Source of the DNA: Mobula hypostoma
Taxonomy: Eukaryota
Direction of reading: 5' to 3'
Length of the DNA stretch: 64,000 bases
Assembly: GCF_963921235.1 (NCBI RefSeq)
Contig: NC_086108.1
Coordinates: forward strand, 68,078,001 to 68,142,000
Positions 49,851 through 62,258 of the stretch are shown here, piece by piece (position 1 is the stretch's first letter; the number at the start of each line of letters is the position of its first letter). Position numbers and translations under genes: made by a program. The notes beneath the pieces were generated by a model. It was not told where the DNA came from. It saw nothing but the letters and a program-made list of their open reading frames with translations, and searched no databases.

Positions 49851-50759
49851 TCAATTAATTTTTTAATACATTTCTACAGTGAAACTACAAAGAACTCAAC
49901 AACAAAATGGAAATTTATACAGTGCAAAACAAACAAATCCAATATATAGTTCATAACAGTAAGAAAAAAAAGCACTCTAAAGAGAATTATGTAAAGTTCT
50001 CTTTTTACCCAATTAGATTGTAGTAGGAAAAAAAATGGAGTAATGAAAGAGAAAGTCAAAAAAAATTGGACTTAAAGAGTTAAAGTCAAATCAGCTACAC
50101 AAAGAGAAATAAAGAAAAGGAAAGATTTGATAAAAGGAGGATCACCTAATGAAAACTAAGATCACTTGGAATATTTGAAAGCCCCAACAACTACTTACTC
50201 CAAGTTAAGAATGTTATTCAATAGTATATTCCCTTTCTGCAATGAAGAGATTAATTGACATTGCCATTGTAATACTATAATAAAGGAAATTTCATTGTTA
50301 AATTTTAGCCCTTATTTTCTACATCAGCCTAACAAGCAACTGATGTGCTAATTGAACCAGTTCCCAGGAACAATGAAAGTTATGGGGGAAATGCAAACTT
50401 TCTGACTTCAATATATTGTTAGGTATAGTGCAATCAGCAAGTTCTATAGAATCAACACCTCCTGTTAATGTTTCTGAAACACTAAATGTGCTTGCCAATG
50501 TCTACATTAATAATGTTATTAATTGTTACTGTTACAATTTTTAAAGAAATTTTGAACAAAGGTATTTGAAATTATCATCACTGGGAGGGTATCAAGAACA
50601 CCTGCCAGTCATATAAAATTTACTGAAATAATTGACACCTGATATGTACTGCCCAATGTTTGTGAATACATGAAAGAACTATGGATTGGTAAGTGGGTAG
50701 TAACTAAACTGTCCTCAAATCAAAGCACTTTGTGTTGCCTAAAATGAAAAGTGAATGCA

Positions 50760-51720
50760 GTTGCGTAGGTGGTATTCCGCAGCGGGTCACTGTTGAGACC
50801 ATTTATTTTCATGTTATATGTCAGTGAGCTAGCTGCTTTGTGGTCCTTTTGCAAGGGTACAAATATAGGTGGAGCAGGTAGTGTTGAGGAATCAGGGAGT
50901 CTGCAGAAGGACTGAGACAGATTAGGAGAACAGGCAAAATAATGTGAGATGGAATATGGTGAAGGGAAGTGTATGGTTATACACTTTGGTCAAAGAATAA
51001 AGGCAAAAACTATTTTCTAAACAGGGAAAAAATTCGAAAATCAGAGGTGCAAAGGGACTTGGGAGTCCTTGTGCAGGATTACCTAAAGGTTAACCTGCAG
51101 GTTGAGTTGGTAGTAAGGAAGGCAAATTCAACATTAGCATTCATTTCCAGAGGACTAGAATATAAAAGCAAAAATGCAGTGCTAAGGCCTTTAAGGTATT
51201 GGCCAGACCACAAATGGAATATGGTGAGCAGCTTTCCTGATCTTGGAAAGGATATGCTGGCAATGAAGGGTCCATAGGAGGTTCACAAGAATTATCCCGG
51301 GAATGAAAGGGTTAACATTTAAGGAGGTTTGATGGTTCTGGGCCTGTATTCATTGAAACGTATTGATAATTGAATATGGAGAGGATGTCTCCTATAGTGT
51401 GATAGTGTGGGAGTCTAGGACCAGAGAGCACAGCCTTAGAATACAAGAATATCCCTTTAGAACAGAGATGAGGAAATTCTTTAGCCAGAAGGCAGTGAAC
51501 CTGTGGAATTCATTCCTATGGACATCTGTGGAAGCCAAGTCATTAGGTACATTTAAAGTGGAGGCAGATGGGTTCTTGATTAGGAAGGGTGTCAAAGGTT
51601 ACAGGGAGAAGGCAAGAGAATGGTTTTCAGAAGGTTAACAAATCAGTCACATTGGGATGACGGAGCAGGTGCAATAGACCGAACGGCCTAATTTGCTCAT
51701 ACATCTTACATCTTATGGCT
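50760..51720 (+). mobile_element. CR1 3' part, decayed
   Basis: KSEVQRDLGVLVQD...LAFISRGLEYKS; CR1 3' UTR. Confidence 0.85.
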
Positions 51721-52084
51721 TTGAACATAATTTATTTTGCTTGCTAAGTTTTGTATGTCTTATGTTTCAATCTCACTGAAAACAATGTCACAAGCAGACA
51801 AAAAAATCCCGATGTCTACAATCCATATAGTTTTCTTAATTTTTCAGTTTCAGAGCCCTAATAAAAACCCACCTCATTTGCAGACAATAAGTCATACCTA
51901 CTTTCAAAAAGTCTTGAGAAAAGGAGATGGCTAAGAATGAGTAACTCATTAAACAACAAGTGGTAGGTGAGTTTTTAATTAATGAGTCCTAAAAAGGACT
52001 GCTTTCTGAGAATTTTTGACTGTTTATTAACTAGTACTAATACTCTAATTTGATTCTAACATCACACTTTGAAAAGGAGAATAA

Positions 52085-53037
52085 AACTACATCCCTGTGA
52101 AGCCCTGCAGCATCTGGTGACCCTGTGATCTCTGTCTCAGAGGCTGACATCAGAATGTCTTTTGACAGAGTGAACCCTCACCAGGTGTCAGGGTCTGATG
52201 GTGTACCTGGTAGGGTACTGAAAACTTGAGCCAACTAACTGCCAGGAGTGTTCAAGGACATCTTCAATCCCTCATTGCTGCAGTCAGAGGTTCCCACCTG
52301 CTTCAAAAGGTTGACAATCACAACGGTGCCCAAAAAGAGCAAGGTGAGCTGCCTCAGTGACTACCACCTAGTTGCACTCACGTCTACTATAAGTGCTTTG
52401 AGAGGCTGGTCATAGCCAGAGTCAACTCCTGCCTAAGCAAGGACCTGGACACACTTCAATTTGTCTATCATCACAATAGGCCTACAGCAGATGGCTCTCC
52501 ACTGGGCCTTGGATCATTGGGGCAATAGCAATACTTCAAGGATGCATGCTTTGCCCATTGTTCTAATCTCTCTACTCCCGTGACTGTGTGACTAGGCACA
52601 GCTCAAACACCATCTATAAATTTGCAGATGACACAACTATTGTTGGCAGAATTTCAGATGGTGACAAGGAGACGTACAAGAGTGAGGTAATGCCTCAAAA
52701 ATGCGGCATCCATCATTATGGATCCATAACCCAGGACATGCCCTCTTCTCATTGCTACCATCAAGGAGGTGGGACAGGAGCCTGGAGACATACGCTCAAC
52801 ATTTTAGGAACAGCTTCTTCCCCTCCACTGTCACATTTCTGAATGGAGAATGAACCCATGTACACTAACTCAATAATTTTTTGCTCTCTTTTTGCACTAC
52901 TTGTTTAATTTAATTTTTGAAATACATTTCTTATTGTAATTTATATATTTATTTATATATATTTTATTATGTAATGAAGTGTACTACTGCTGCAAAACTA
53001 CAAATTTCATGACATTAGCCAGTGATATTAAACCTGA
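52085..53037 (+). mobile_element. Rex1-type LINE 3' half with internal deletions
   Basis: [32 protein letters not shown]; tail gatattaaacctga. Confidence 0.85.
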
Positions 53038-53089
53038 CACACATTGAAATTAACCCCAATTTTTCTCTTCCTTTCTTGTTGTCTAATTT

Positions 53090-53645
53090 CTATAGGATAA
53101 ATTGAAATGTCAAGCTATAACTGTATAACATATTGGTGAGACTATACTTAAGAGTATTTTGTGCAGTTCTGGTCACTACACGGTAGGATTTAGAATTGAT
53201 TCCCAAGGATGTTACCTAGGAAACTAGAGAGCTTGAGTTATAGGAAGAGACTGGATAGGCTGGAGCTGCTTTTTTTCCTAGAGAATAGTGAGTGTAACCT
53301 TTAGAAGTACATGAAATAATGAAGAGCATAGATGGGGTGAATGGTCACAGTATTTTTCCCAGCGCAGGGGATTCTAAGCCGACGTAGATTTAAGGTGGGA
53401 AGAGAAACATTTAAAGGGCCATAAGTGGAACTTTTTCACACAGCAGTGAGTATATGGAGCTAGCTACCAGTGTAGAAATTGACACAATTACAATAGTTAT
53501 AAGTTATTTAAGAGAGGTACATGGATAGGAAAGGTTTAGAAGGATATGGGCCAAATGCAGGCAAGTTTTACTAGCTCAGGTAAGCAACTTGGCTGGCATG
53601 GACATATTGAACCAAAGGGCCCATTTTCATGTTTATGACTCTGTG
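53090..53645 (+). mobile_element. CR1 3' part, decayed
   Basis: ttggtgagactatacttaagagtattttgtgcagttctggtc...; 3' UTR. Confidence 0.75.
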
Positions 53646-53669
53646 GCACATTGAGTCTAAGTGTCCTAA

Positions 53670-54380
53670 ACAGAAAGGTTTAGCATTGAAGTACAACAAG
53701 AAATTAGGAAGATTAATGGAATGTTAGCTTTTATTGCCAAATGAGTGTAATATAAGAGTACGATGCAACTTTTTAAAAATTTATTCTTTTTTTTATTACA
53801 AACTAACAAACAAAAAAAAACACATCCACAAAAACCACGACCTTAACAAAATCAAATTAAATAGTGAGCAGCAAAAGGGAGAAAAATATAAAGGTAAAAG
53901 TAAACATACACAGCAGAGGTGCACCGCACCAAAAATCCTCAGTCCTCACTCCGTAAGAAAGTCTAATACAGAGCCCCATATCCTTTCAAAGATGTCCCCT
54001 CTGTCCTCATTACCTATTGTCTCAGTCTCTCCAAACGTAAAGTATCTGCCAGTTCTCTCAGCCACAGATCGTACGTAGGCCAAGAGTCCATTTTCCACAT
54101 TTGCAGGATTAACTTCTTAGCAATCACCAACGATGCAACTTTTTAAGGCACATTTCATTTCTGTACTTGGAGTACTACAGTTTTGGTCTCTGTATCTAAG
54201 GAATAATATCTTTGTAGTAGAGGCAGTGTAGCTAAGTTTCACATAGTTAATTTCGGGGATAATTGGAATTAGTGTATGAAGAAGTCTTGAATAGTTGAGA
54301 ATACACACAAGTGAATTTGGAAGAATAAGAGGTGAAATATGTAAGATTTTGAGGAGAATTGACAGAATAAAATCATCATC
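53670..54380 (+). mobile_element. Old CR1 fragment split by an L1 insertion
   Basis: aatggaatgttagcttttattgcc...|...gtacttggagtactacagttttggtctctgtatctaagg. Confidence 0.65.
53777..54129 (-). mobile_element. 5'-truncated L1-clade LINE 3' end with a 17-bp direct repeat (TSD)
   Basis: ACGATGCAACTTTTTAA at 53760-53776 and 54130-54146. Minus frame LVIAKKLILQMWK...WLRELADTLRLERL/DIFERIWGSVLDFL*. AATAAA and an A-rich tail. Confidence 0.88.
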
Positions 54381-54399
54381 CACGTAACAAATAAAAAAT

Positions 54400-55545
54400 A
54401 AGGTAATATGCCTTAATGACTGCTATGGTTATACATATAAGGGTACTGTTCATTAACTACAGCTTAAATACTATTATTCAAGCAATCTAATTTCCAAACT
54501 CCAGGCACTGGCACTCAATACCTTCCTCTGCAATTGGTTCTTGACTTCCTGACTAATAGACTGCAATCAATAAGGAAAGGCAACAACACCTCTGCCTTGA
54601 TTATCCCCGACAATGATGCCCCATCAGGCTGCACCACCAGCCGACTACTCTACTCCCTATACACTCATGACTATATGGCCAGATTCTGCACTAACTCCAT
54701 CTACAAGTCTGAATCTGGAAAAAAACAAAAATAGGAAGGAGACAGAGAGCCTAGTGGCATTGTATCATGACAACAACCTTTCCTTCAGTGTTAGCAAAGC
54801 AAAAGAGCAGGTTAGTGACTTCAGGAAGGGAGGTGGTGCACACACACCTGTCTACGTCAATGGTGCTCAAGTCAAGAGGGTGTTCATCTTCAGGTTCCAA
54901 GGAGTGGACAGGGCCTGTAGCCTGTACTAATCCAACCAATTAGATGCCACAGTCTAAAAAGCTCATCAGTGCTCCTTGTTCTTCAGGAGAATAAAAACAT
55001 TTGGCACATCCCCTTTCACCGCTACCAGTTTATATTTATGCTTTATACAGTAACTGCTCTGCTTGAGACTGAAAAAAAAAGCTGTGTAGAGACACAGCAC
55101 AGAAGTCAGCTTCCACTGCATGGACTCTGCCTATATTTCTTGCTGCCTCAATATAGCAGCCAACATAATCAAAGACACCACCCCACCCAGGACATACTCC
55201 CTTCTCCCCTTTCCCATCGGGCAGAAGATACAAACACTTGAAAGCACATACCGCCAGGCAGCTTCTACTCTGCTGTTGTAATAATATTGATCATTCCCTT
55301 ATTCAAGATGTCCCAGACTGATGGGCACTGGGCCTCACAAATTACCCCATTATGGCATTGCACCTTTTTGTCTACCTGCACTGCACTTTCTCTGTAAGTG
55401 TATCATTTTATTCTGCTTTCTGTATTTGTTTTCCCTTGTCCTATTTCAAAACATTTCTGTGATGAAATGGTCTGTATGGGCGGCATGCAATCCAAAGATT
55501 TACACTGTACCTTAGTACATGTGAAAGTACTAACAAGCCAATTAT
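54400..55545 (+). mobile_element. Rex1-type LINE 3' part, decayed
   Basis: VLDFLTNRLQS...APSGC..LLYSLYTHD; 3' tail. Confidence 0.8.
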
Positions 55546-56548
55546 AAAAATAATTATGTGGATAATAAAAGGATGATCCCCTTAGAATGGTACCTGGAAC
55601 TGAGGGGCAATTTTTAAAAGTGGCGATCTATTTAAGACAGAGATAAGAATGAATTTTGCTTCTTAAAGATTGAAAGTCTTTGGAATTCTCTACCCCAGAA
55701 AGCTGTAGAGATTGACACAGAATGTGTGCAAAAGGACTCAAAGGTTTTGAGGAATGTACAGGAAATAGTGTTGGAGTCAACACCAGATCAAATCAACCAG
55801 CATGTTAGATTTAAAAGGCAGATTGACCTACTCTTCCTCTTTCTTATCTTTTTAAACTGCTAATGAATGCAGTATGTTAAACATAGTGAAGGTGTCTTCA
55901 GATTAGTAAGAAACTTTCAATAACTATATAATATTTTGAAAGTAATTTCAACAATAATCATATGCTCTAAATCATTTTCATCTCAGTACAAAATAGAAAT
56001 TAGTATTTTTACATTTATTAATCATAATTGCTCTCTTCTCTAATATTAATCACATAAACAAAATCATCACATTTCAAACACCAGAAAAGATTCTCTTTAA
56101 TGCTTTTAAAGAGAAATAGAATAAAAGAATTGATAGCATTCTCTCTTTGCAAAAAAAATGTGTGAAATAATAAAATACATTAAAATATGTGTGTGAAGTT
56201 TCAAGTAATGAAGGGCAACAGAAATAAAATTTGGGGGAGCTATAAGAGGTTCCAGAAATTCATTATATTCATGTTACACTTAAGCACACAATCATAAGTA
56301 CCCTCATATCTGAAACTATATTATTATATTGCCCTAAGGCACAAATAGATTTTAAGGGATGTATTGTATTTTCAGTTTGTATATGAAATATTTTCTGAAA
56401 TGCACCCTTACAAGTCATTCTTATAAACAACTTTTCTACCCAATGTTGAGTACACCTTTTACTGACCAATATCCAGATAAATTACAGCATGGGATCATAA
56501 TGAAGCATTTACATAGTTATTCCAATTTCCATAGTTATTCCATAGTTA

Positions 56549-56601
56549 ACCAATTTCCCCCAGGATCAATAAAGTATGACTATGACTATGACTATGACTA
56601 T
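56549..56601 (+). repeat. Ultra-short LINE 3' tail ending in (TATGAC)4
   Basis: aatttcccccaggatcAATAAAg followed by (tatgac)4 at 56575-56598. Confidence 0.6.
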
Positions 56602-59299
56602 TGCAGATCCTCCTTCGTTGCAAAAGGTGCACCTAAAACACGTATTGAGATTATAAATCTAGTACGGGCTGGTTTTAGACATAAATACAGAAACCAAATG
56701 TATTTTTCACAGCGTTAACAGTGCAATTTTGTGCTCTCTGCTTCATGAGAAACCATGCAACTTTATTGATATCCTATCTACATATGACTTGCAATTTCAT
56801 CTATTTCAGAATTTGCTGGTGCTATGCTTCCCAGTACTGGCTGCCAGAGTTCAGATGTGCATGTACTTATTTGCTGAGAAGGAAAGAAAGAGTGAACGAG
56901 CTAGACCTTAATACGGTGGTATTATAACATCCCAGGCCTTAGATGACTATGTTTTGTGTACCACTAAAGAATCAGTCCCATAGTTTGCTTCCTTTTTCTA
57001 GAACTGTGAATATTTTTCACAGGTTAGCACCATGACTTAATCATTTCAAACAAACCCACAAATATCAGCCCTACAATTTAATGTAATCAATAAGCAACTT
57101 ATTTTACGTTAATTCATGGATAAGGCAAATTAATAACCATTATATATAGTTAATGAATTATCTTGGTCTTAGGTCTTATTTAGTGTCTAGTATTATAAAA
57201 TACTCAGGTACATTAAATGGTATCATTTCTCACACTCTAAAATCAATGCTATTTATGTATTCCTCAAATACAAGATTTATTAATCAAGGACTTTCCAATT
57301 TTTATCATAATTTTAATAAAAACATACAAATTAATTTAGTATTTATATTATAAAACTTCAAAACCATACTATCAAACTACATAACAGATAATAAATTCAT
57401 TAGACCAAGGTGACAAAGCTTGGAAATCAGAAATAATGTTCAAATATGTCAATGGAATATAAGATTGTATACAGTATTAATAGGCCTCCTAGTTGTCTCC
57501 ATTAGTCCTTCTAAAGCTTGGATTAATTACACCCCTTTTAGCTTTAAACAGCTTCCAACCTGTATGCTAGTTAGTCAACAAGAAATCATGCCATTCATTT
57601 AATAAAATGTCACTGAAACACGTAAATAGAAAATTCATCTTTTTTCCCTGGAATAAGATTAATTCCTTTTGAGGAAATTGTATCCCCAGATGGGAAACCT
57701 GACTAAGACACCTGATCAACTTGCAGAATTTTTGCCACAGCATTATTGTGTACAAGACAGGCAAATCTAATAATGCTTTCTTTTTTCAAAGATTCAGCCG
57801 TTGAAAGCTCTGATTGAATTTCATCTTGATTTCATTAAATATTCATAAAGGCCAATTAGAAGGGCATCTAAGTAGGCCACAGGGCATTCTTCCATCATTC
57901 TGTCAAAGACCATCCATCAGAAAACCAAGTTTGCTTAAGCCTAGCTGCTCCATAACTCTTTTCAATCTCAGTGTTGTTTCTTTCTAAGTTATTGCTCCCA
58001 CCTTGCATGCGATTTTATAGACAGATAGGAAAAAGAATCAAATAATTTTCAGTGCAAGATGCTTACTCTGTAGAAAAAACTACAAATGGGAAAAACATCT
58101 TAATCAATTGCTGAATGAAAATTTCTTTTATAATAAGCAGTGACATTGGCTGAGTGATGATTACACAGAAGGCGGCTGCTTTAAATTCAGAACTAATCAA
58201 ACTTGCTTATTCTAACCGTTCAAAATTAAACTACGTACTATTTAAATTTATGTTTTATTTATCATCATTTAAGAATTAGTTAATTACTCTTAATTGTAAT
58301 TACTAGCTTTTCATCTGTTAATCAATTTTAGCAATGTGTAAAAATTATGCATTTTTGTTAAACAATAATTATAATGAACAAATATGTTTTGGCAGGAATA
58401 TAATACTTTCAACCAAAGCTATCTAAATTAATTAGCTATCTAAATGCATTAGTATCAATAATTCGTTTTCTTTTAATTGTCATAAATGTTGAATGAATGT
58501 TATGATATCGGCCAATCTCGCTGTAGGTTTGGCAAAGGAAGGCGAATACTATCACACTAATCTAATGACAGGAACAAAGCACAAAGTTATAACCCAGTTT
58601 TTCATTCAACATATCTTCATTGTTCCCTCAGATTTCTGCTTAACTGACTCTCAGGCCAATCAATAGGGATCCAGATTTTCAATGGTACAACCTTCTACAG
58701 CTCATGGTTATTAAAAAGGTTTAAAACTCCTGTTAGTCCAATAGTTTTACAAATATTTGGAGAAAAACCAGTAGCCAATGTCCCTTTAGAAACCAAAATG
58801 GTGTGTTTTACTTGTATATTTTCTCTATGAAATATAACTTTGACAAAACAGAAAAGTTTGATTTTACTAATGAAGTGAATGTGATGGCACCGAGATTCCA
58901 GCACTTCAGCTGATGCTAAAGGTCTGTGGCAGTAAGGTCAAAGAAAAGTACCAAACAATAATCCAACTAAAATCTCAACTTCAAAGCAGGTGGGTGTGAT
59001 GTTGGCAGATGAAGGCTGCAAATGAGAATCAGTATTTGTCCTGATGGATTCTTTTTATTAATTTAAATTTTCCTCCCCCAAAGATAGTGTGACCACCAGT
59101 GCTCTACAGCTTCATGTATCGTCTTCTTCAATAATGTCAAAGTCTTGTGATAATGAGCACATGGCAACCAGGCTAAGTGAAGTGATCACTGAGAATTTCT
59201 AATCACCACCCAATATGTTGTATGGTTAGTGGGTGTAAGTTGGATTAGGAATGGGCCAGTCAGCAAACCTGATACACTATTCAAAATGACCATGGTTAA

Positions 59300-59860
59300 C
59301 CATCCAAATCAGTTCACTGTTCCTACTTTCTTCCCATATTCCTTACCCTCTTTATTCTTCAGAACTATATTGAACTGCTCTTTAAAATATCTAATAATGA
59401 ATTCATTTCATGGTACAGAATTCCATAGACTCATCAATGTCAGGGTAAACAAATCATCTGCCATCTCAGTCTTCGGGGGTTTACCCTGGTCCTGAACTTC
59501 AAATTGCAATATCCTCTCTGAATCCAGTTTTCTACTCCTTTCATGATTTTGTATGTCAATGTGAGGTCCTATATACTTCTTCCTGCCTCTAGTCCAATCA
59601 CTCCAATTTTTCTTCATACAACAGCACTTCTATCACAGGAATTACTGCTCTCCATCTATAGCCTGAACAATCTTCCTTATAAGGTAAGACTAGACACCAA
59701 ATTCTCAAGATGACACCTCACCAAAGACCTGATCAACTGAAGTAAACCAACCCTCTACGGAAATCATATAAAATGCTGAAGGAACTTAACAAAATAAGGC
59801 AACATCTATAAAGAGAAATGTTTCAGACTGAGGGCTGAGGCCCTTTGTTAGGATATTTGC
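59300..59860 (-). mobile_element. Old CR1 3' part followed by a decayed Penelope terminal-repeat fragment (59760-59860)
   Basis: MSLWNSVP; aaatgctgaaggaacttaac...aacatctat...aaatgtttcag. Confidence 0.55.
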
Positions 59861-59919
59861 TTCTTAGAGAAAACATCACAGCAGAACTCAGACAAACACA
59901 CTGAAGGGCTTATCTTCCG

Positions 59920-61530
59920 AGGCTATATGGGTGGAACTGAGGAATTAGAAACAGATGACCACATTAATAGGACTATATTGTGGATCTCCCAATAGAGAAC
60001 AGTATTTAGAGGAGCAAATGTGTAGAGAGACAGCAGACAGTTGCAGGAAATCTAGAGTTGTGATACAAAGTGATTTTAACGTTCTACGTGCTGACTGAGA
60101 CTCCCATATTGTAAAAGAACTGAATGGGATGGGATTGGTCAAATGTATTCATGTAAGTGTTCTTAATGTAGAGGATGCTACTGGATCTCCTAAAAGGAAT
60201 GAGACAGGATAGGTGACAGAAGTGAGTGCAAGGGAACACTTTGGATCTACTGATCATAATTCCACTAGTTTCAATATAATTATGGAGAAAGCTAGGTTTG
60301 GTCCTCAGATTAATATTCTAAACTGGAGATAGGCCAATTTTGATGACATCAGAAGAGATCTGGCAATTAAGAACAAAAGGATACCAAGGGACAAAATTGA
60401 TCCTCCTATAGATCAATGTGGTCATCTGTGCATGGAGTTGAAAGAGATGGGAGAGATTGTAATTTTTTTCTTTTGCATCTGTATTTACCAAGGGGACAAA
60501 CACAGTCTGTAGAATTGAGTCTATAGAGAGTGGTAGTTGATTGAACACCTGTGACTAGGCCGGTGCTGTATGGATCAGTGCTGGATATGTTGTTTATCAC
60601 TTATATTAATGATTTAGGTGATATGGTAAACTAGATCAGCAAATGTATAGATGACATCAAGATTAAAGGTGTAGTAGAGAGAGAGAGGAAGGCTATCAAA
60701 ATTTACTAAGTGATCTAAACCAGCTGGGAAATAGGGTGACAAAGGGCAGATGGAATCTAATGCAGACAATTGTGAGGTATTGCTCTTTGGCAGGACAAAT
60801 CAGGTTAAGATTTGTACAGTGAACAGTAGGACACCAAGGTATGTAGTTGATAAAAGGGACCTGGGAATACAGATCTATAATTCCTTGACAATGCTATCAC
60901 AGGTTGATAGGGTAATAAACAGAGCTTTTGGCACATTGGCATTCATAAATCAGGACACCAAGTACAGGAGTTGGGATTTTATGTTAAAGTTGTATAAGAT
61001 TCTGGTGCGGCTCAACTAGGAGTATTATGGGCACTTCTGGTTCCTACCTACAGGAAAGATACTAATACGCTTGAAAGAGTGTAGTGGAAATTTTCATGGA
61101 TGCAGCAAGGACCTGTGTACCAGAGTTATGAGGATAAATTGAATAGATTAGGACTTTATTCCCTTGAGCACAAGAGAATGAGAAGAGATCATACAGAGGA
61201 GTGTAAAATTATGAGGGGTATAGATGAGGTGAAAGCATTGCAGGCTATTTCCCTCAGGTTGGGTAAGACTAAAACTAGAGGTCATAGGTTTGGAGTGAAA
61301 GGTAAAGTATTTAAGAGAAATCTGGGGGCTACTTCACTGAGAGGGTGATGTAAACATGGAATGAGCTGCTGGTGGACGTGGTAGATTTGGGTTCAATTGC
61401 AATATTTAAGAGAAGCACATGGATAAGGAAGGTATGGAGGTCAAAGGTCCAGGTAGGACTAGGCGGAAAACTACGCCAGCACAGTCTGTGTGAGCCAAGG
61501 AGCCTGATTCTGTGCTGCAGTGCCCTATGT
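59920..61530 (+). mobile_element. Decayed CR1 ORF2 with large internal deletions
   Basis: APE remnants, then SKCIDDIKIKG, CEVLLFGRTN, LNRLGLYSLE; 3' UTR. Confidence 0.8.
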
Positions 61531-62221
61531 CTCTCTAAGCACTGAAGCTTATAGGGCCCCACTATTTGGAAAAAAAGATGTATTTATTCCTACTCTGTAC
61601 TTCCTGCCTGCTAATCCATTCTCTTTCTATCTTAGTATATTACGTCCAATTCTTTGTGCTTTAATTGAGTACAATAATCCCGTATGTGGGACTGCGACGA
61701 AATTCTTCTGAAAATCCAAAAATGCCACATTACTCGTTCTTAAAAACCACACAACTGGTTTTTGAAATTGAACTAATCCTACCACACAAAAATCTCTTGG
61801 AAATTTGGTAAGCATGATTTCAGTTTCATTCATCTATATTGACCTTGGTAGTCACTTCCTTTTAGGGCTTGAAGCAGAACTGCTATTTGGCAACAATGAG
61901 CAAGAAGGAGCAGCCTTCTCTTCCATTCATTCCACTTGAGAAAGTGCCCAGAAAAGGTGCCCTAAATGTAACGTCTTTTTTATGTCAGGGTGGCAGACTA
62001 CTGCAAGTAAAATCACTTTCAAAGCAACGATCTGAAAAAAAAAATCCATGACTTTGACTCCCTGAAATATTGGAAGTTGATGATGATGATGATGATCTGG
62101 ATTAGTGATAAACCAGAACTAAGACTATTATCATTGTATGAAAACTTTCATGATAACACACAGATCCCCACGAGTGAGAAAAGGAGTGCAATGAAGATAA
62201 TTAACTGAAAGTTATTAAAGC

Positions 62222-62258
62222 TGGGCATGTGGCCAAGTGGTTAAGGCATTCATCTAGT
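62222..62258 (+). mobile_element. Head of a tRNA-derived SINE, truncated by the CR1 to its right
   Basis: gggcatgTGGCCAAGTGGTTAAGGCattcatctag: A-box and D-arm of tRNA type; no B-box before the CR1 tail. Confidence 0.6.

Noticed and set aside
49855..50200. Possible L1 3' tail on the minus strand
   Set aside because: Only compositional resemblance; no coding motif or TSD found.
62222..62258. tRNA gene
   Set aside because: Only the A-box and D-arm are present, with no cloverleaf; treated as a SINE head. The same applies to 39125-39195.
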